A stretch of 64,000 nt of DNA from a virus. The stretch is taken from positions 1 through 64,000 of the IMG/VR virus record IMGVR_UViG_3300032246_001180; one strand, 5' to 3'. The notes beneath the pieces are model-generated. The model saw nothing but the letters and a program-made list of their open reading frames with translations, searched no databases and was not told where the DNA came from. Both the position numbers and the translations under genes were made by a program. This document shows positions 45,022 to 53,927 of the stretch, one piece after another; position 1 is the first letter of the stretch; each line of letters begins with the position of its first letter.

Positions 45022-45096
45022 CGGTCCTTAGTAAAATGAATATTACACAGCGCTACGAACGCTGAAGTGGGAGTTTGATTCTCTCAGGACCGGCCA
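45022..45096 (+). tRNA. tRNA-Arg (ACG)
   Basis: CGGTCCT/AGGACCG; CAGCG-ct ACG aa-CGCTG. Confidence 0.85.
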
Positions 45097-45098
45097 TC

Positions 45099-45172
45099 AC
45101 TCGCATAGCTCAAAGGTAGAGCACTCGCTTGATAAGCGATAGACGAAGGATCGTTACCTTCTGTGAGTACCA
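45099..45172 (+). tRNA. tRNA-Ile (GAT), atypical T-loop
   Basis: ACTCGCA/TGTGAGT; tt GAT aa; T-loop ATCGTTA. Confidence 0.8.
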
Positions 45173-45175
45173 TGT

Positions 45176-45250
45176 ATCTCGCTGGTGTTAACGGCAGCAT
45201 AGCGGTCTCCAAAACCGAAGGACGGGGTTCGAATCCCTGGCGGGGTGCCA
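45176..45250 (+). tRNA. tRNA-Trp (CCA)
   Basis: ct CCA aa; GGTTCGAATCC; G73; CCA. Confidence 0.88.
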
Positions 45251-45272
45251 ATTATAATAAAAAGGTGTAATC

Positions 45273-45746
45273 ATGCGTAAATTAAATTTAGATGAAGTCA
45301 TTTCGTTTATCGAACAACAATCTCCAGAAAGTAAAGTTTATATTGGTTGTGATTCAGAGCGAGTTATTGTTGACGGCGTACCTTATGCTGATTATGTTCT
45401 TGCAATTGTAGTACACATCAATGGCAACAATGGTTGCAAATTATTTGGTGAAGTTAGTAGAGAAAGAGATTACGACCAGAAAAGAAACAAGCCTAGATAT
45501 AGGTTGATGAATGAAGTTTACAAGGTTTCAGAATTATATTTAAACCTTGTTAAAGTTTTAGTTGACCGTGATATTCAAGTTCACCTAGATATTAATCCAG
45601 ATGAAATGCACGGTTCATCTTGTGTTATCAATGAAGCGATTGGCTATATTAAAGGAACTTGCAATGTAATACCTCTGGTTAAACCAGAAGCGTTTGCGGC
45701 CTCTTATGCAGCTGACCGTTTTAAAGGACTAAAAAAGGCAGCTTGA
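45273..45746 (+). CDS. RNase H-like YkuK (DUF458) family protein
   Basis: YIGCDS; RLMNEV; VHLDIN; KPEAFAASYAADR. Confidence 0.75.
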   Translation: MRKLNLDEVISFIEQQSPESKVYIGCDSERVIVDGVPYADYVLAIVVHINGNNGCKLFGEVSRERDYDQKRNKPRYRLMNEVYKVSELYLNLVKVLVDRDIQVHLDINPDEMHGSSCVINEAIGYIKGTCNVIPLVKPEAFAASYAADRFKGLKKAA

Positions 45747-45763
45747 ACATATGAGAGATTACA

Positions 45764-46210
45764 ATGATATCAACAATAAAAACAATAACAGAACAATTTC
45801 TTTCTCTTTTACTTGATGATCCAGTAAGACCATCAATACCACATCTCGACCGTGTAGGTGAGAACAAGGATATTTTTGTTTTTCGGGGAGAAGATGATTC
45901 TATAAAAGCAATTACTTGCGTTAGTTACCAAGTAACTGTACCAACATCAGAGGCGGAATTATTTGAAAGATGTTCCACTCCGACTGTGGCAGTATTCTAT
46001 ACAATTTGGAGTTATGCGCCAGGTGCTGGTCGCCAATTGATATTCGATGCTGTACAATACATAAAAGAAAATAGAAAAGATATTAACAGATTTGTAACAC
46101 TTTCACCTAAAACTCATATGGCACGAAAGTTCCATACAAGAAACGGTGCAATGGTGTTTCGTGATAATCCTGAAACGGTGAATTACGAATACAAGAATGT
46201 AGTTCTTTAA
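45764..46210 (+). CDS. Hypothetical protein, possible GNAT-like fold
   Basis: DDPVRP; FYTIWSY..GAGRQLI; VTLSPKT.MARKFH.RNGA. Confidence 0.5.
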   Translation: MISTIKTITEQFLSLLLDDPVRPSIPHLDRVGENKDIFVFRGEDDSIKAITCVSYQVTVPTSEAELFERCSTPTVAVFYTIWSYAPGAGRQLIFDAVQYIKENRKDINRFVTLSPKTHMARKFHTRNGAMVFRDNPETVNYEYKNVVL

Positions 46211-46284
46211 GCGGGATTAGTTTAATGGTCAAACGAAACCTTGCCAAGGTTTAGTCAGGAGTTCGATTCTCCTATCCCGCTCCA
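46211..46284 (+). tRNA. tRNA-Gly (GCC)
   Basis: GCGGGAT/ATCCCGC; U73; tt GCC aa. Confidence 0.9.
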
Positions 46285-46366
46285 TTTAAGAGTGCAGGCT
46301 CTTTTTAAATCCTGCCTTTGTGTGGTACCGAACATCGCTACTGCTTGGATAAGCATCGGTACATTT

Positions 46367-46440
46367 GCAGGGTTAGTTTAATGGTAAAACTCCATCCTTC
46401 CAAGTTGGTGTCGTGAGTTCGATTCTCACACTCTGCTCCA
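46367..46440 (+). tRNA. tRNA-Gly (TCC)
   Basis: GCAGGGT/ACTCTGC; U73; ct TCC aa. Confidence 0.9.
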
Positions 46441-46446
46441 GTTTAT

Positions 46447-46521
46447 GGAGAAATTAGTTTAGTGGTAAAACCACGGGTTGTGATTCCGTTATCACGGGTT
46501 CGATTCCCGTATTTCTCCCCA
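46447..46521 (+). tRNA. tRNA-His (GTG)
   Basis: G-1:C73 pair; tt GTG at. Confidence 0.9.
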
Positions 46522-46525
46522 ATTT

Positions 46526-46600
46526 GGGCCAATAGCTTAATGGTAAAGCAATCGACTCATAATCGATTGAGTCTTGGTTCAATTCCAAGTTGGCCCACCA
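46526..46600 (+). tRNA. tRNA with CAT anticodon, probably Ile2 (lysidine)
   Basis: GGGCCAA/TTGGCCC; ATCGA-ct CAT aa-TCGAT; Ile2 identity inferred. Confidence 0.7.
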
Positions 46601-46618
46601 AGTTTGCCATAGATAGTG

Positions 46619-46647
46619 TTGACAAAGCAATATAAGTATAGTAGAAT
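46619..46647 (+). promoter_or_regulatory. Sigma70 promoter
   Basis: TTGACA-17-TAGAAT. Confidence 0.72.
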
Positions 46648-46655
46648 GATTAAAT

Positions 46656-46722
46656 GCGGTGTGTGATAGCACGACATTCGGTTCCCCCGATTGTTATCTG
46701 AGCAAAGCAGACCACCGCTCCA
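46656..46722 (+). ncRNA. Minimal 67-nt tRNA-Gly-like RNA
   Basis: GCGGTG/CACCGC-T-CCA; mini D arm; central TCC loop; non-canonical T arm. Confidence 0.6.
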
Positions 46723-46746
46723 TTTTATATATTAAAGGCATCTGTA

Positions 46747-46992
46747 ATGATTTTAAAACCAACTGCATCAAATGTTCATATCACCAGAGTTGCCGCAGAG
46801 AAGCAAACTAAATCTGGTATTATTTTAAAAAACACGGAAGAACCTGACAAAGCAAAAGTTGAATCAATAGGTAAAGACGTAACCGACCTTGAAGTTGGTG
46901 ATGTTGTTTTGGTTAACTGGAATAAAGCAATCAAAGTTGATGTTGATTCATACATCATTCCGGAATCAGACATTATTATGGTATTCGAATAA
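46747..46992 (+). CDS. GroES-like co-chaperonin
   Basis: LKPTASNV; KQTKSGIIL; VESIGKDV..LEVGDVVL; ESDII. Confidence 0.8.
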   Translation: MILKPTASNVHITRVAAEKQTKSGIILKNTEEPDKAKVESIGKDVTDLEVGDVVLVNWNKAIKVDVDSYIIPESDIIMVFE

Positions 46993-46997
46993 TTTAT

Positions 46998-47071
46998 AGC
47001 GGATTAGTGAAACGGTATCACAGAGGACTCATAATCCTCAGTTCCTAGTTCGAATCTAGGGTCCGCAACCA
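46998..47071 (+). tRNA. tRNA-Met (CAT), initiator-like
   Basis: A1/A72 mismatch; 3' CCGCAACCA like fMet; GAGGA-ct CAT aa-TCCTC. Confidence 0.72.
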
Positions 47072-47087
47072 ACAAGAAAGGTATATT

Positions 47088-47399
47088 ATGCAAGTGTTAG
47101 CATTGAAATTAGTTACAGGTGAAGACGTTCTTGGAGAACTAGAATCACAATCAGAAACAGAATATGTTATTTGTAATCCAGTAGGTATCTCTATTGTTCG
47201 TGGTAAAGACGGACAACCCAATGTTGGATTCTCACCCTTTCCATTACACTCAGAACAAAAGTCCGGCACAACACTTGCCTTGGCAAAGAAAAATGTAGTA
47301 TACTCTTATACTCCTGCGGAAGATTTTGTTTCAAACTACAATCAAATTTTTGGTTCTGGCATCGTTCTTCCGCCAACTAAATCATTGATTACAGGTTAA
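47088..47399 (+). CDS. Hypothetical Sm-like protein
   Basis: LKLVTGEDVLGE; YNQIFGSGIVLP. Confidence 0.6.
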   Translation: MQVLALKLVTGEDVLGELESQSETEYVICNPVGISIVRGKDGQPNVGFSPFPLHSEQKSGTTLALAKKNVVYSYTPAEDFVSNYNQIFGSGIVLPPTKSLITG

Positions 47400-47401
47400 A
47401 C

Positions 47402-49936
47402 TTGAGTACATTTTACACAAACGTTCAAAGCTTCGGCAATAACATACTGTATCGAGGCATCAAAGACGGCAAGAGAGTAAAAGAGAGGGTCGAGTATTCG
47501 CCTTCTCTTTATATTCCTTCCAAACGTATTACTAATTTTACCACACTAGAAGGCGACTATCTCGACCAAAAGATTTTTGGTTCGATTCGTGAAGCTCGTG
47601 ATTACATCAAACAGTTCGACAAAGTTCAAAATGCTCCGAAGATTTATGGTCAAACTCGGTTTGAATATGCGTTTATTGCGGATGAGAATCGAGGTATGGT
47701 GGATTATGACCAAGATAAAATCTCGGTTGCGGTAGTTGATATTGAAGTTGGTTCAGAGAATGGATTTCCTGATCCATATGAAGCGAACGAACCTATCACA
47801 GCTATCTGTATCAAATACTTGAACGGTGAAACCTATGTCTTTGGTTGCGGCATTTATGAAACTCAAGGCAACGAAATTTATGTCAAGTGTAGAGATGAAT
47901 GGACACTCTGTAAGCGTTTTATGGAATTGTGGACTAAGAAATGTCCCGATGTACTTACTGGTTGGAACACTAAGTTCTTTGATGAACCTTATATCATAAA
48001 TCGTTTCCGTAAAATTCTTGGTGAAGATGAAACCAAGAAATTGTCGCCATGGAATTATATTGGTGAGCGTGAAACTTTCGTCAACAATCGCCGTATGATT
48101 GCTTACAATTTGATGGGTGTTGAATCACTCGACTACATCGAACTATACAAATGGTATGCGCCAGGTGGTAAATCACAAGAATCATATCGACTAGATGCCA
48201 TTGCTCAAGTCGAATTGGGTGAAGGCAAAATTTCATATGACGAATACGATAATCTACATTCACTCTATCGTTTGAACTTTCAAAAGTTTATTGAGTATAA
48301 CATCAAAGACGTTGAACTCATTATCAAACTAGAAGAAAAACTTAAACTCATTGAACTGGCAATTACTCTTGCGTATGATACCAAGACAAATTATCAAGAT
48401 GTATTTGCACAAACTCGTATGTGGGATTCAATGACATATGCCTATCTTTTTGAGAAAGGCATTATTGTTCCACCAAGAGTTACTAAAGAGAAAGATTCCG
48501 CATTTGAAGGTGCATATGTAAAGATTCCACAAGTTGGTTTACATAATTGGGTTGCATCGTTTGACTTGAATAGTTTGTATCCTCATTTGATGATGCAATA
48601 TAATATCTCACCTGAAACATTGATTGAACCACAAGACTATACGGATGAAATGCGTAATGTTCTTTCACAAGGTGTATCTGTTGAAAAACTCTTGAAAAGA
48701 CAAATTGACACTTCAAGTTTGAAGAATGTAACTGTAACTCCTAATGGACAATTCTTCCGTACAGACATTCAAGGCTTCTTACCTAAGATGATGGAAGAAA
48801 TGTATACTGACCGTAGCAAATTCAAGAAGATGATGTTGCGAGCAAAGCAGACGTATGAAGATGAAACAGACGAATCGAAAAAATATGAAATTGAAAAACG
48901 AATTGCCAAGTATAACAACATACAACTTGCAAAGAAGGTTTCTCTTAATTCTGCTTATGGTGCTCTTGGTAGCCAGTATTTCCGCTTTTATGATTTGCGA
49001 ATGGCTCTTGGCGTTACTTCTGCTGGCCAGTTGTCTATTCGGTGGATTGAAAATAAAATAAATGAATACATGAACAAACTTCTCGGTACTGAAAGTGATT
49101 ATGTAATTGCATCTGATACCGATTCAATCTATCTCCGTATGGGTGAATTGGTCAATAAATTCATCAAAGATACCTCAGACAAACAAAAGGTAATCTCACT
49201 CATGGATAAAATCTGTGAAGAAAAGATACAACCTTATATTGACAAATCGTATCAAGAACTGGCTGATTATGTTCACGCATATGACCAGAAGATGCAGATG
49301 AAGCGTGAAGGTCTATCTGACAAAGGTATTTGGACTGCCAAGAAACGATACATTCTAAATGTATATAATAATGAAGGCGTTCAATACAACGAACCACAGA
49401 TGAAGGTAATGGGTCTAGAGATGATTAAATCATCAACACCATCATCTATTCGTGAGAAGATGAAGAAGGCTATTGAATTAATGGTGAACGGAACACAAGA
49501 AGATATTCATACATTCATTGCCGATTTCAGGAAAGAATTCAAGACGTTACCCGCTGAAGAAATTTCTTTTCCTCGGGGTTTGAACGGGCTAAATACCTAT
49601 TCCGATGCGGCGACCTTATACAAAAAAGGTACACCAATTCATGTTAAAGGTGCGATATTATATAATCATTACCTTAAACAGAAAAACTTAACCAAGAAGT
49701 ACCCGCTCATACAAGAAGGTGAGAAGTTAAAATTCACCTATCTGAAAATGCCTAATCCATTTAAAGATACTGTCATTTCGTATCCACAACGATTACCAAA
49801 AGAATTTGAATTGCAAGAGTATATCGATTATGATATGCAGTTTGATAAGGCCTTTTTAGAACCAATCAAAGTAATTTTGGACTGTATGGGTTGGTCAACA
49901 GAAAAAACTAGTTCTATAGAGGATTTCTTCACATGA
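47402..49936 (+). CDS. gp43: Family B DNA polymerase gp43
   Basis: DIEV exonuclease; SFDLNSLYP; KVSLNSAYG; SDTDS; KKRY. Confidence 0.97.
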   Translation: MSTFYTNVQSFGNNILYRGIKDGKRVKERVEYSPSLYIPSKRITNFTTLEGDYLDQKIFGSIREARDYIKQFDKVQNAPKIYGQTRFEYAFIADENRGMVDYDQDKISVAVVDIEVGSENGFPDPYEANEPITAICIKYLNGETYVFGCGIYETQGNEIYVKCRDEWTLCKRFMELWTKKCPDVLTGWNTKFFDEPYIINRFRKILGEDETKKLSPWNYIGERETFVNNRRMIAYNLMGVESLDYIELYKWYAPGGKSQESYRLDAIAQVELGEGKISYDEYDNLHSLYRLNFQKFIEYNIKDVELIIKLEEKLKLIELAITLAYDTKTNYQDVFAQTRMWDSMTYAYLFEKGIIVPPRVTKEKDSAFEGAYVKIPQVGLHNWVASFDLNSLYPHLMMQYNISPETLIEPQDYTDEMRNVLSQGVSVEKLLKRQIDTSSLKNVTVTPNGQFFRTDIQGFLPKMMEEMYTDRSKFKKMMLRAKQTYEDETDESKKYEIEKRIAKYNNIQLAKKVSLNSAYGALGSQYFRFYDLRMALGVTSAGQLSIRWIENKINEYMNKLLGTESDYVIASDTDSIYLRMGELVNKFIKDTSDKQKVISLMDKICEEKIQPYIDKSYQELADYVHAYDQKMQMKREGLSDKGIWTAKKRYILNVYNNEGVQYNEPQMKVMGLEMIKSSTPSSIREKMKKAIELMVNGTQEDIHTFIADFRKEFKTLPAEEISFPRGLNGLNTYSDAATLYKKGTPIHVKGAILYNHYLKQKNLTKKYPLIQEGEKLKFTYLKMPNPFKDTVISYPQRLPKEFELQEYIDYDMQFDKAFLEPIKVILDCMGWSTEKTSSIEDFFT

Positions 49937-50901
49937 TATACTTAACGCTTTTATCAGCATTATTATTATCAGGTATCGCCGCATACTATTCAGTTATTGG
50001 CCTTGCCGCAATCTTTACAGGTGCGTTTTGGCCAATTGTCTTTATGGGTTCCGTCCTTGAAATGAGTAAGTTGGTAACTACGTCATGGTTATATCGTAAT
50101 TGGAAAACTTGTCCGTTTCTCCTAAAAACATATCTGACGACCGCAGTTGTTATTCTAATGTTAATTACCAGTATGGGTATCTTTGGTTTCTTATCGAAGT
50201 CCCATATTGATTCAACACTAGATGCTGGTGCCAATTCGGTTGAAATCAAAACACTATCTCAGCAAGAGAAGATTGCCAAAGAACGATTGGACTATCTACT
50301 TGCTCGTGCCAAAGATCCATCTACAGCAAGTAATAAATTAGACAAACAGATACAAGAAACACAAAAAGAACTGAAAGAAATTTCTAACAAAAAATTGCCA
50401 CTATTGCGTGAAGAAAATAAATTGATTGCCGAAGTTGGACCAATTAAATATGTTGGTGAAATGGTTTATGGTAGTGAAGACGATAATGCTATTGACAAAG
50501 CTGTTCGTTTGGTAATTATGTTAATCATGGTTGTATTTGACCCGTTAGCTGTGTTATTATTGATAGCAGCAAATATGTCTATGAATCGAAAACGCAAAGA
50601 AGAAGAAAATGGTGTCATTCAATTCTTTGAGAGGGCAAGAAGTCATGCACAAGAACTTGACCGTGATGCGGCCGAATTAAAAGTTGAAGAACCAAAAGTT
50701 GATGAGTCTATTAAAGTAGAGAAAGAAAATTTGGCTACAATGGATGAAAAATCTGAAAGCATTGTTATAGATGAAGCCTCAGGTGAAAGTATTCCACCAT
50801 TAGGTAAAACTAAACGTGGATTTCCCAATAGAAAATCAAAAGAACTTGGACCAAATTATGATTATAATGCTGAGTATGCTTTTAAAGAAAAAGAAAAATG
50901 A
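49933..50901 (+). CDS. Membrane protein with coiled coil
   Basis: N-terminal TM segments; ITSMGIFGFLSK; VGPIKY; VVFDPLAV. Confidence 0.6.
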   Translation: MIYLTLLSALLLSGIAAYYSVIGLAAIFTGAFWPIVFMGSVLEMSKLVTTSWLYRNWKTCPFLLKTYLTTAVVILMLITSMGIFGFLSKSHIDSTLDAGANSVEIKTLSQQEKIAKERLDYLLARAKDPSTASNKLDKQIQETQKELKEISNKKLPLLREENKLIAEVGPIKYVGEMVYGSEDDNAIDKAVRLVIMLIMVVFDPLAVLLLIAANMSMNRKRKEEENGVIQFFERARSHAQELDRDAAELKVEEPKVDESIKVEKENLATMDEKSESIVIDEASGESIPPLGKTKRGFPNRKSKELGPNYDYNAEYAFKEKEK

Positions 50902-51500
50902 CATTTCAAAAACACGGATTTGAAGTCGTTCCTAATGCGGTTGGTTCGGAAACTTGTGATTTGTTATCAAGAAATATAAGACAGATTGCAAATAATTACA
51001 GGTTTATAACCAAATCTGGTTTGTATCAAAGCGATGATTTGGTTGAAAAGTGTTACAGTAAATATGGCGTAGAATCTTTAGAGGTATTATCAGAAATGTT
51101 AATACCAAAAATTGAAAAGGTTGTCAATAAAGTATTGGTACCAAGTTATACATATTGTAGAATATATTATAATGAAGCAGAAATGCCAGAACATTTGGAT
51201 AGACCTAGTTGTGAGTATTCAGTAACACTTACACTATCGGTAACCGATGAACCTTGGGAAATTTGGTTTAAAGATTTAACAGGAAACACACAAGCACTAA
51301 GTCTTGATGTAGGTTCTATGTGTGTATACGAAGGTGCCAAAATTCCACATTGGCGTACTAAGTATAAAGGCAAAGAACAAATTCAAGCCTTTCTACACTA
51401 TGTTGATGTAAATGGTTCATTTGCAGATTTTAAGTATGATGGTCGTCCTATGATGGGATTACATCCTAGTATGAGGCGTAAAAATTTTAACATAAGGTGA
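50898..51500 (+). CDS. 2OG-Fe(II) oxygenase-like protein
   Basis: PSYTYCRIY; HLDRPSCEYSVTL; HWR; QAFLHYV. Confidence 0.75.
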   Translation: MTFQKHGFEVVPNAVGSETCDLLSRNIRQIANNYRFITKSGLYQSDDLVEKCYSKYGVESLEVLSEMLIPKIEKVVNKVLVPSYTYCRIYYNEAEMPEHLDRPSCEYSVTLTLSVTDEPWEIWFKDLTGNTQALSLDVGSMCVYEGAKIPHWRTKYKGKEQIQAFLHYVDVNGSFADFKYDGRPMMGLHPSMRRKNFNIR

Positions 51501-51504
51501 TTAT

Positions 51505-52578
51505 ATGAGTATTCTAGACAAAATTAAAAAGAACAGCAGTATCAAAGAGTCTGCAATTCTATCAAAATCAAAATTCTTCACACAGAAGGATATGATACCC
51601 ACAGCGATTCCAATCATCAACGTGGCTTTATCAGGAAAACTAGACGGTGGTTTGACACCAGGTCTTACAATGTGGGCAGGTCCTTCTAAACACTTTAAGA
51701 CGGCCTTTAGTTTATTGATGGCCAAATCTTACTTGGACAAATATCCAGATGCAGCACTATTATTCTATGATTCGGAGTTTGGTACTCCGCAGTCTTATTT
51801 TGATTCTTTTAATATCGACACAAACAGGGTGCTCCATACTCCTCTTACAGATATTGAACAACTCAAGTTCGACATAATGCAACAGTTGACTAGTTTAGAA
51901 CGTGATGATAAATTGATTATTGTTATTGATTCTATTGGTAACTTGGCCTCAAAGAAAGAAGTTGATGATGCACTTGAAGGCAAATCTGTTGCAGATATGT
52001 CCCGAGCTAAACAAATTAAATCGTTGTTTCGTATGGTAACTCCACACTTAACAATGAAAGATATTCCAATGATTGTTGTTAATCATACATACAAAGAAAT
52101 TGGTATGTTCCCAAAAGATATTGTTGGTGGTGGTACAGGTTCATATTACTCCGCAGACAACATCTTTATTCTTGGTCGTCAACAAGAAAAAGAAGGCACA
52201 GAAGTTGTTGGTTATAATTTTATTATTAATGTAGAAAAATCCCGTTATGTTAAAGAAAAATCTAAAATTCCTGTTACTGTATCTTTTGATGGCGGCATCA
52301 GCAAGTGGTCTGGCCTTTTGGATATTGCAATTGAATCCGGACACGTTATCAAGCCTAGCAATGGTTGGTATTCAAAAGTAGATAAAGATTCAGGTGAAGT
52401 TGAAGACAAGAAGTATCGCATCAAAGATACGGACACTAAAGAATTCTGGATGCCAATTCTCAAACAAGAAACTTTCCGTGATTTTGTAGAAGACAAATAT
52501 AGTATCTCTACAGGCAACATTATGAAACCTGAAGATGTGGCAGAAGCTTTTGATATTGAAACAATGAATGGTGCATAA
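51505..52578 (+). CDS. uvsX: RecA-like recombinase UvsX
   Basis: AGPSKHFKT; YDSEFG; DSIGNLAS; VGGGTG. Confidence 0.95.
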   Translation: MSILDKIKKNSSIKESAILSKSKFFTQKDMIPTAIPIINVALSGKLDGGLTPGLTMWAGPSKHFKTAFSLLMAKSYLDKYPDAALLFYDSEFGTPQSYFDSFNIDTNRVLHTPLTDIEQLKFDIMQQLTSLERDDKLIIVIDSIGNLASKKEVDDALEGKSVADMSRAKQIKSLFRMVTPHLTMKDIPMIVVNHTYKEIGMFPKDIVGGGTGSYYSADNIFILGRQQEKEGTEVVGYNFIINVEKSRYVKEKSKIPVTVSFDGGISKWSGLLDIAIESGHVIKPSNGWYSKVDKDSGEVEDKKYRIKDTDTKEFWMPILKQETFRDFVEDKYSISTGNIMKPEDVAEAFDIETMNGA

Positions 52579-52580
52579 AA

Positions 52581-53219
52581 ATGGAAATTGTCTATTCAGA
52601 TAATTTGCCTCATGTTTTAATTATTAAAAATTTTTATTCCGAAGAAGAGGTGAATACTATATGGAAAGAATTAGAAACTGTGCATCTGATGGACAAAACA
52701 CAATCTAAGAAAATTGGTGGAGCAGAATCAGAACACGGACCACTTAAAAAAGCTATAGGTAAATGGATATATTATGAAGAAACTCCTGATAACGAATTAC
52801 TAAAAATATCTCACAAGGTTAAAAATCATGCGGATATTTTTACAGAATATAGTGATTACTATAAAGATTTGAAATTGGACTTGTGTGTGTCTAATGTTTT
52901 AATTTCATATTATTCTAATGGTGGTTTTTATAAACCACATACAGACTTTAGTTACATAACAGCTTGCTCTTATTTTTTCAAAGAACCAAAAAAGTTTTCT
53001 GGTGGAAATTTTCTAATAAAACAAAGAGAAAAAACATATGTTTCGGATCCATCTAAATTTGATGCAGACATAGAAATTGAAAATAATATGATTGTTATTT
53101 TTCCAGGACATTATTTACATCAAGCGAAAAAAGTTGAAATGAATAGTAAAGACTTTGGTTATGGTAGATATTGTATATCACAATTTTATAACGTTTTTAA
53201 AAGAAAAGAAAATGATTGA
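52581..53219 (+). CDS. 2OG-Fe(II) oxygenase
   Basis: YKPHTD; FSGG; FPGHYLH; GRYCI. Confidence 0.8.
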   Translation: MEIVYSDNLPHVLIIKNFYSEEEVNTIWKELETVHLMDKTQSKKIGGAESEHGPLKKAIGKWIYYEETPDNELLKISHKVKNHADIFTEYSDYYKDLKLDLCVSNVLISYYSNGGFYKPHTDFSYITACSYFFKEPKKFSGGNFLIKQREKTYVSDPSKFDADIEIENNMIVIFPGHYLHQAKKVEMNSKDFGYGRYCISQFYNVFKRKEND

Positions 53220-53610
53220 TTGTTTAATTATGGGCGACAGCATTGCTGTAGGCACACATATGTTTAGTAAGCAATGTGCTGTAATTGCTAAAGGCGGTAT
53301 CAATAGCTATCAATGGGTTAATAAAAATCTTGACAAGGCGCCTTATCAAGCAAAAACTGTTATCATCAGTTTAGGAAGTAATGACCATCAATATGTTAAA
53401 ACCGAAAATGAATTGCACACCATTCGTCAGTTAACCAAAGCAGATAGAGTTTATTGGATTCTACCAGCTATCAAACCTGATATACAAGAAACGATTAAAA
53501 AAGTTGCCGCATATTATGGAGATATAGTATTGCCCATCACCAAATTACAACCCGATGGCATACATCCATCATGGGCGGGTTATAAAGAAATAGTGGAGAA
53601 GACAAAATGA
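53212..53610 (+). CDS. SGNH/GDSL hydrolase
   Basis: GDSIA; LGSND; DGIHP. Confidence 0.8.
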   Translation: MIDCLIMGDSIAVGTHMFSKQCAVIAKGGINSYQWVNKNLDKAPYQAKTVIISLGSNDHQYVKTENELHTIRQLTKADRVYWILPAIKPDIQETIKKVAAYYGDIVLPITKLQPDGIHPSWAGYKEIVEKTK

Positions 53611-53927
53611 TTGAAGGTATAGATTTCTGTTTCATTTATCCTAAAGATGATAAGACTACAGTACATATCAAACTATTAGATGGACCTTATAAAGATACCA
53701 CATTCAAATATGGTAAGGTAAAGTTTGAAGAAAAAAATGAACAAATGTATTTACTTTTTGGTTACGATGTGTTAGAATCTACTGTGAGCAAGCCAAAGAA
53801 GCTAGAAAAAGATAGCGACTTTAAAAACCATATTGGTGACCTATTGGTAGAAATTATGTCATCTAACATTGAACAGGAAATTATTGATGAAGTTGGAACT
53901 GACAATATTAAAGAATCTAGTCTATAA
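53607..53927 (+). CDS. gp40-like head assembly chaperone
   Basis: Located between uvsX and gp41 as in T4; size consistent. Confidence 0.45.
   Translation: MIEGIDFCFIYPKDDKTTVHIKLLDGPYKDTTFKYGKVKFEEKNEQMYLLFGYDVLESTVSKPKKLEKDSDFKNHIGDLLVEIMSSNIEQEIIDEVGTDNIKESSL

Noticed and set aside
42199-47376. ORF-track ORFs overlapping tRNAs (e.g. 42199-42519, 42846-43046, 42942-43292, 43289-43471, 44411-44602, 44743-44955, 46454-46672)
   Set aside because: They are read-throughs of tRNA sequence with no SD or protein-like features.
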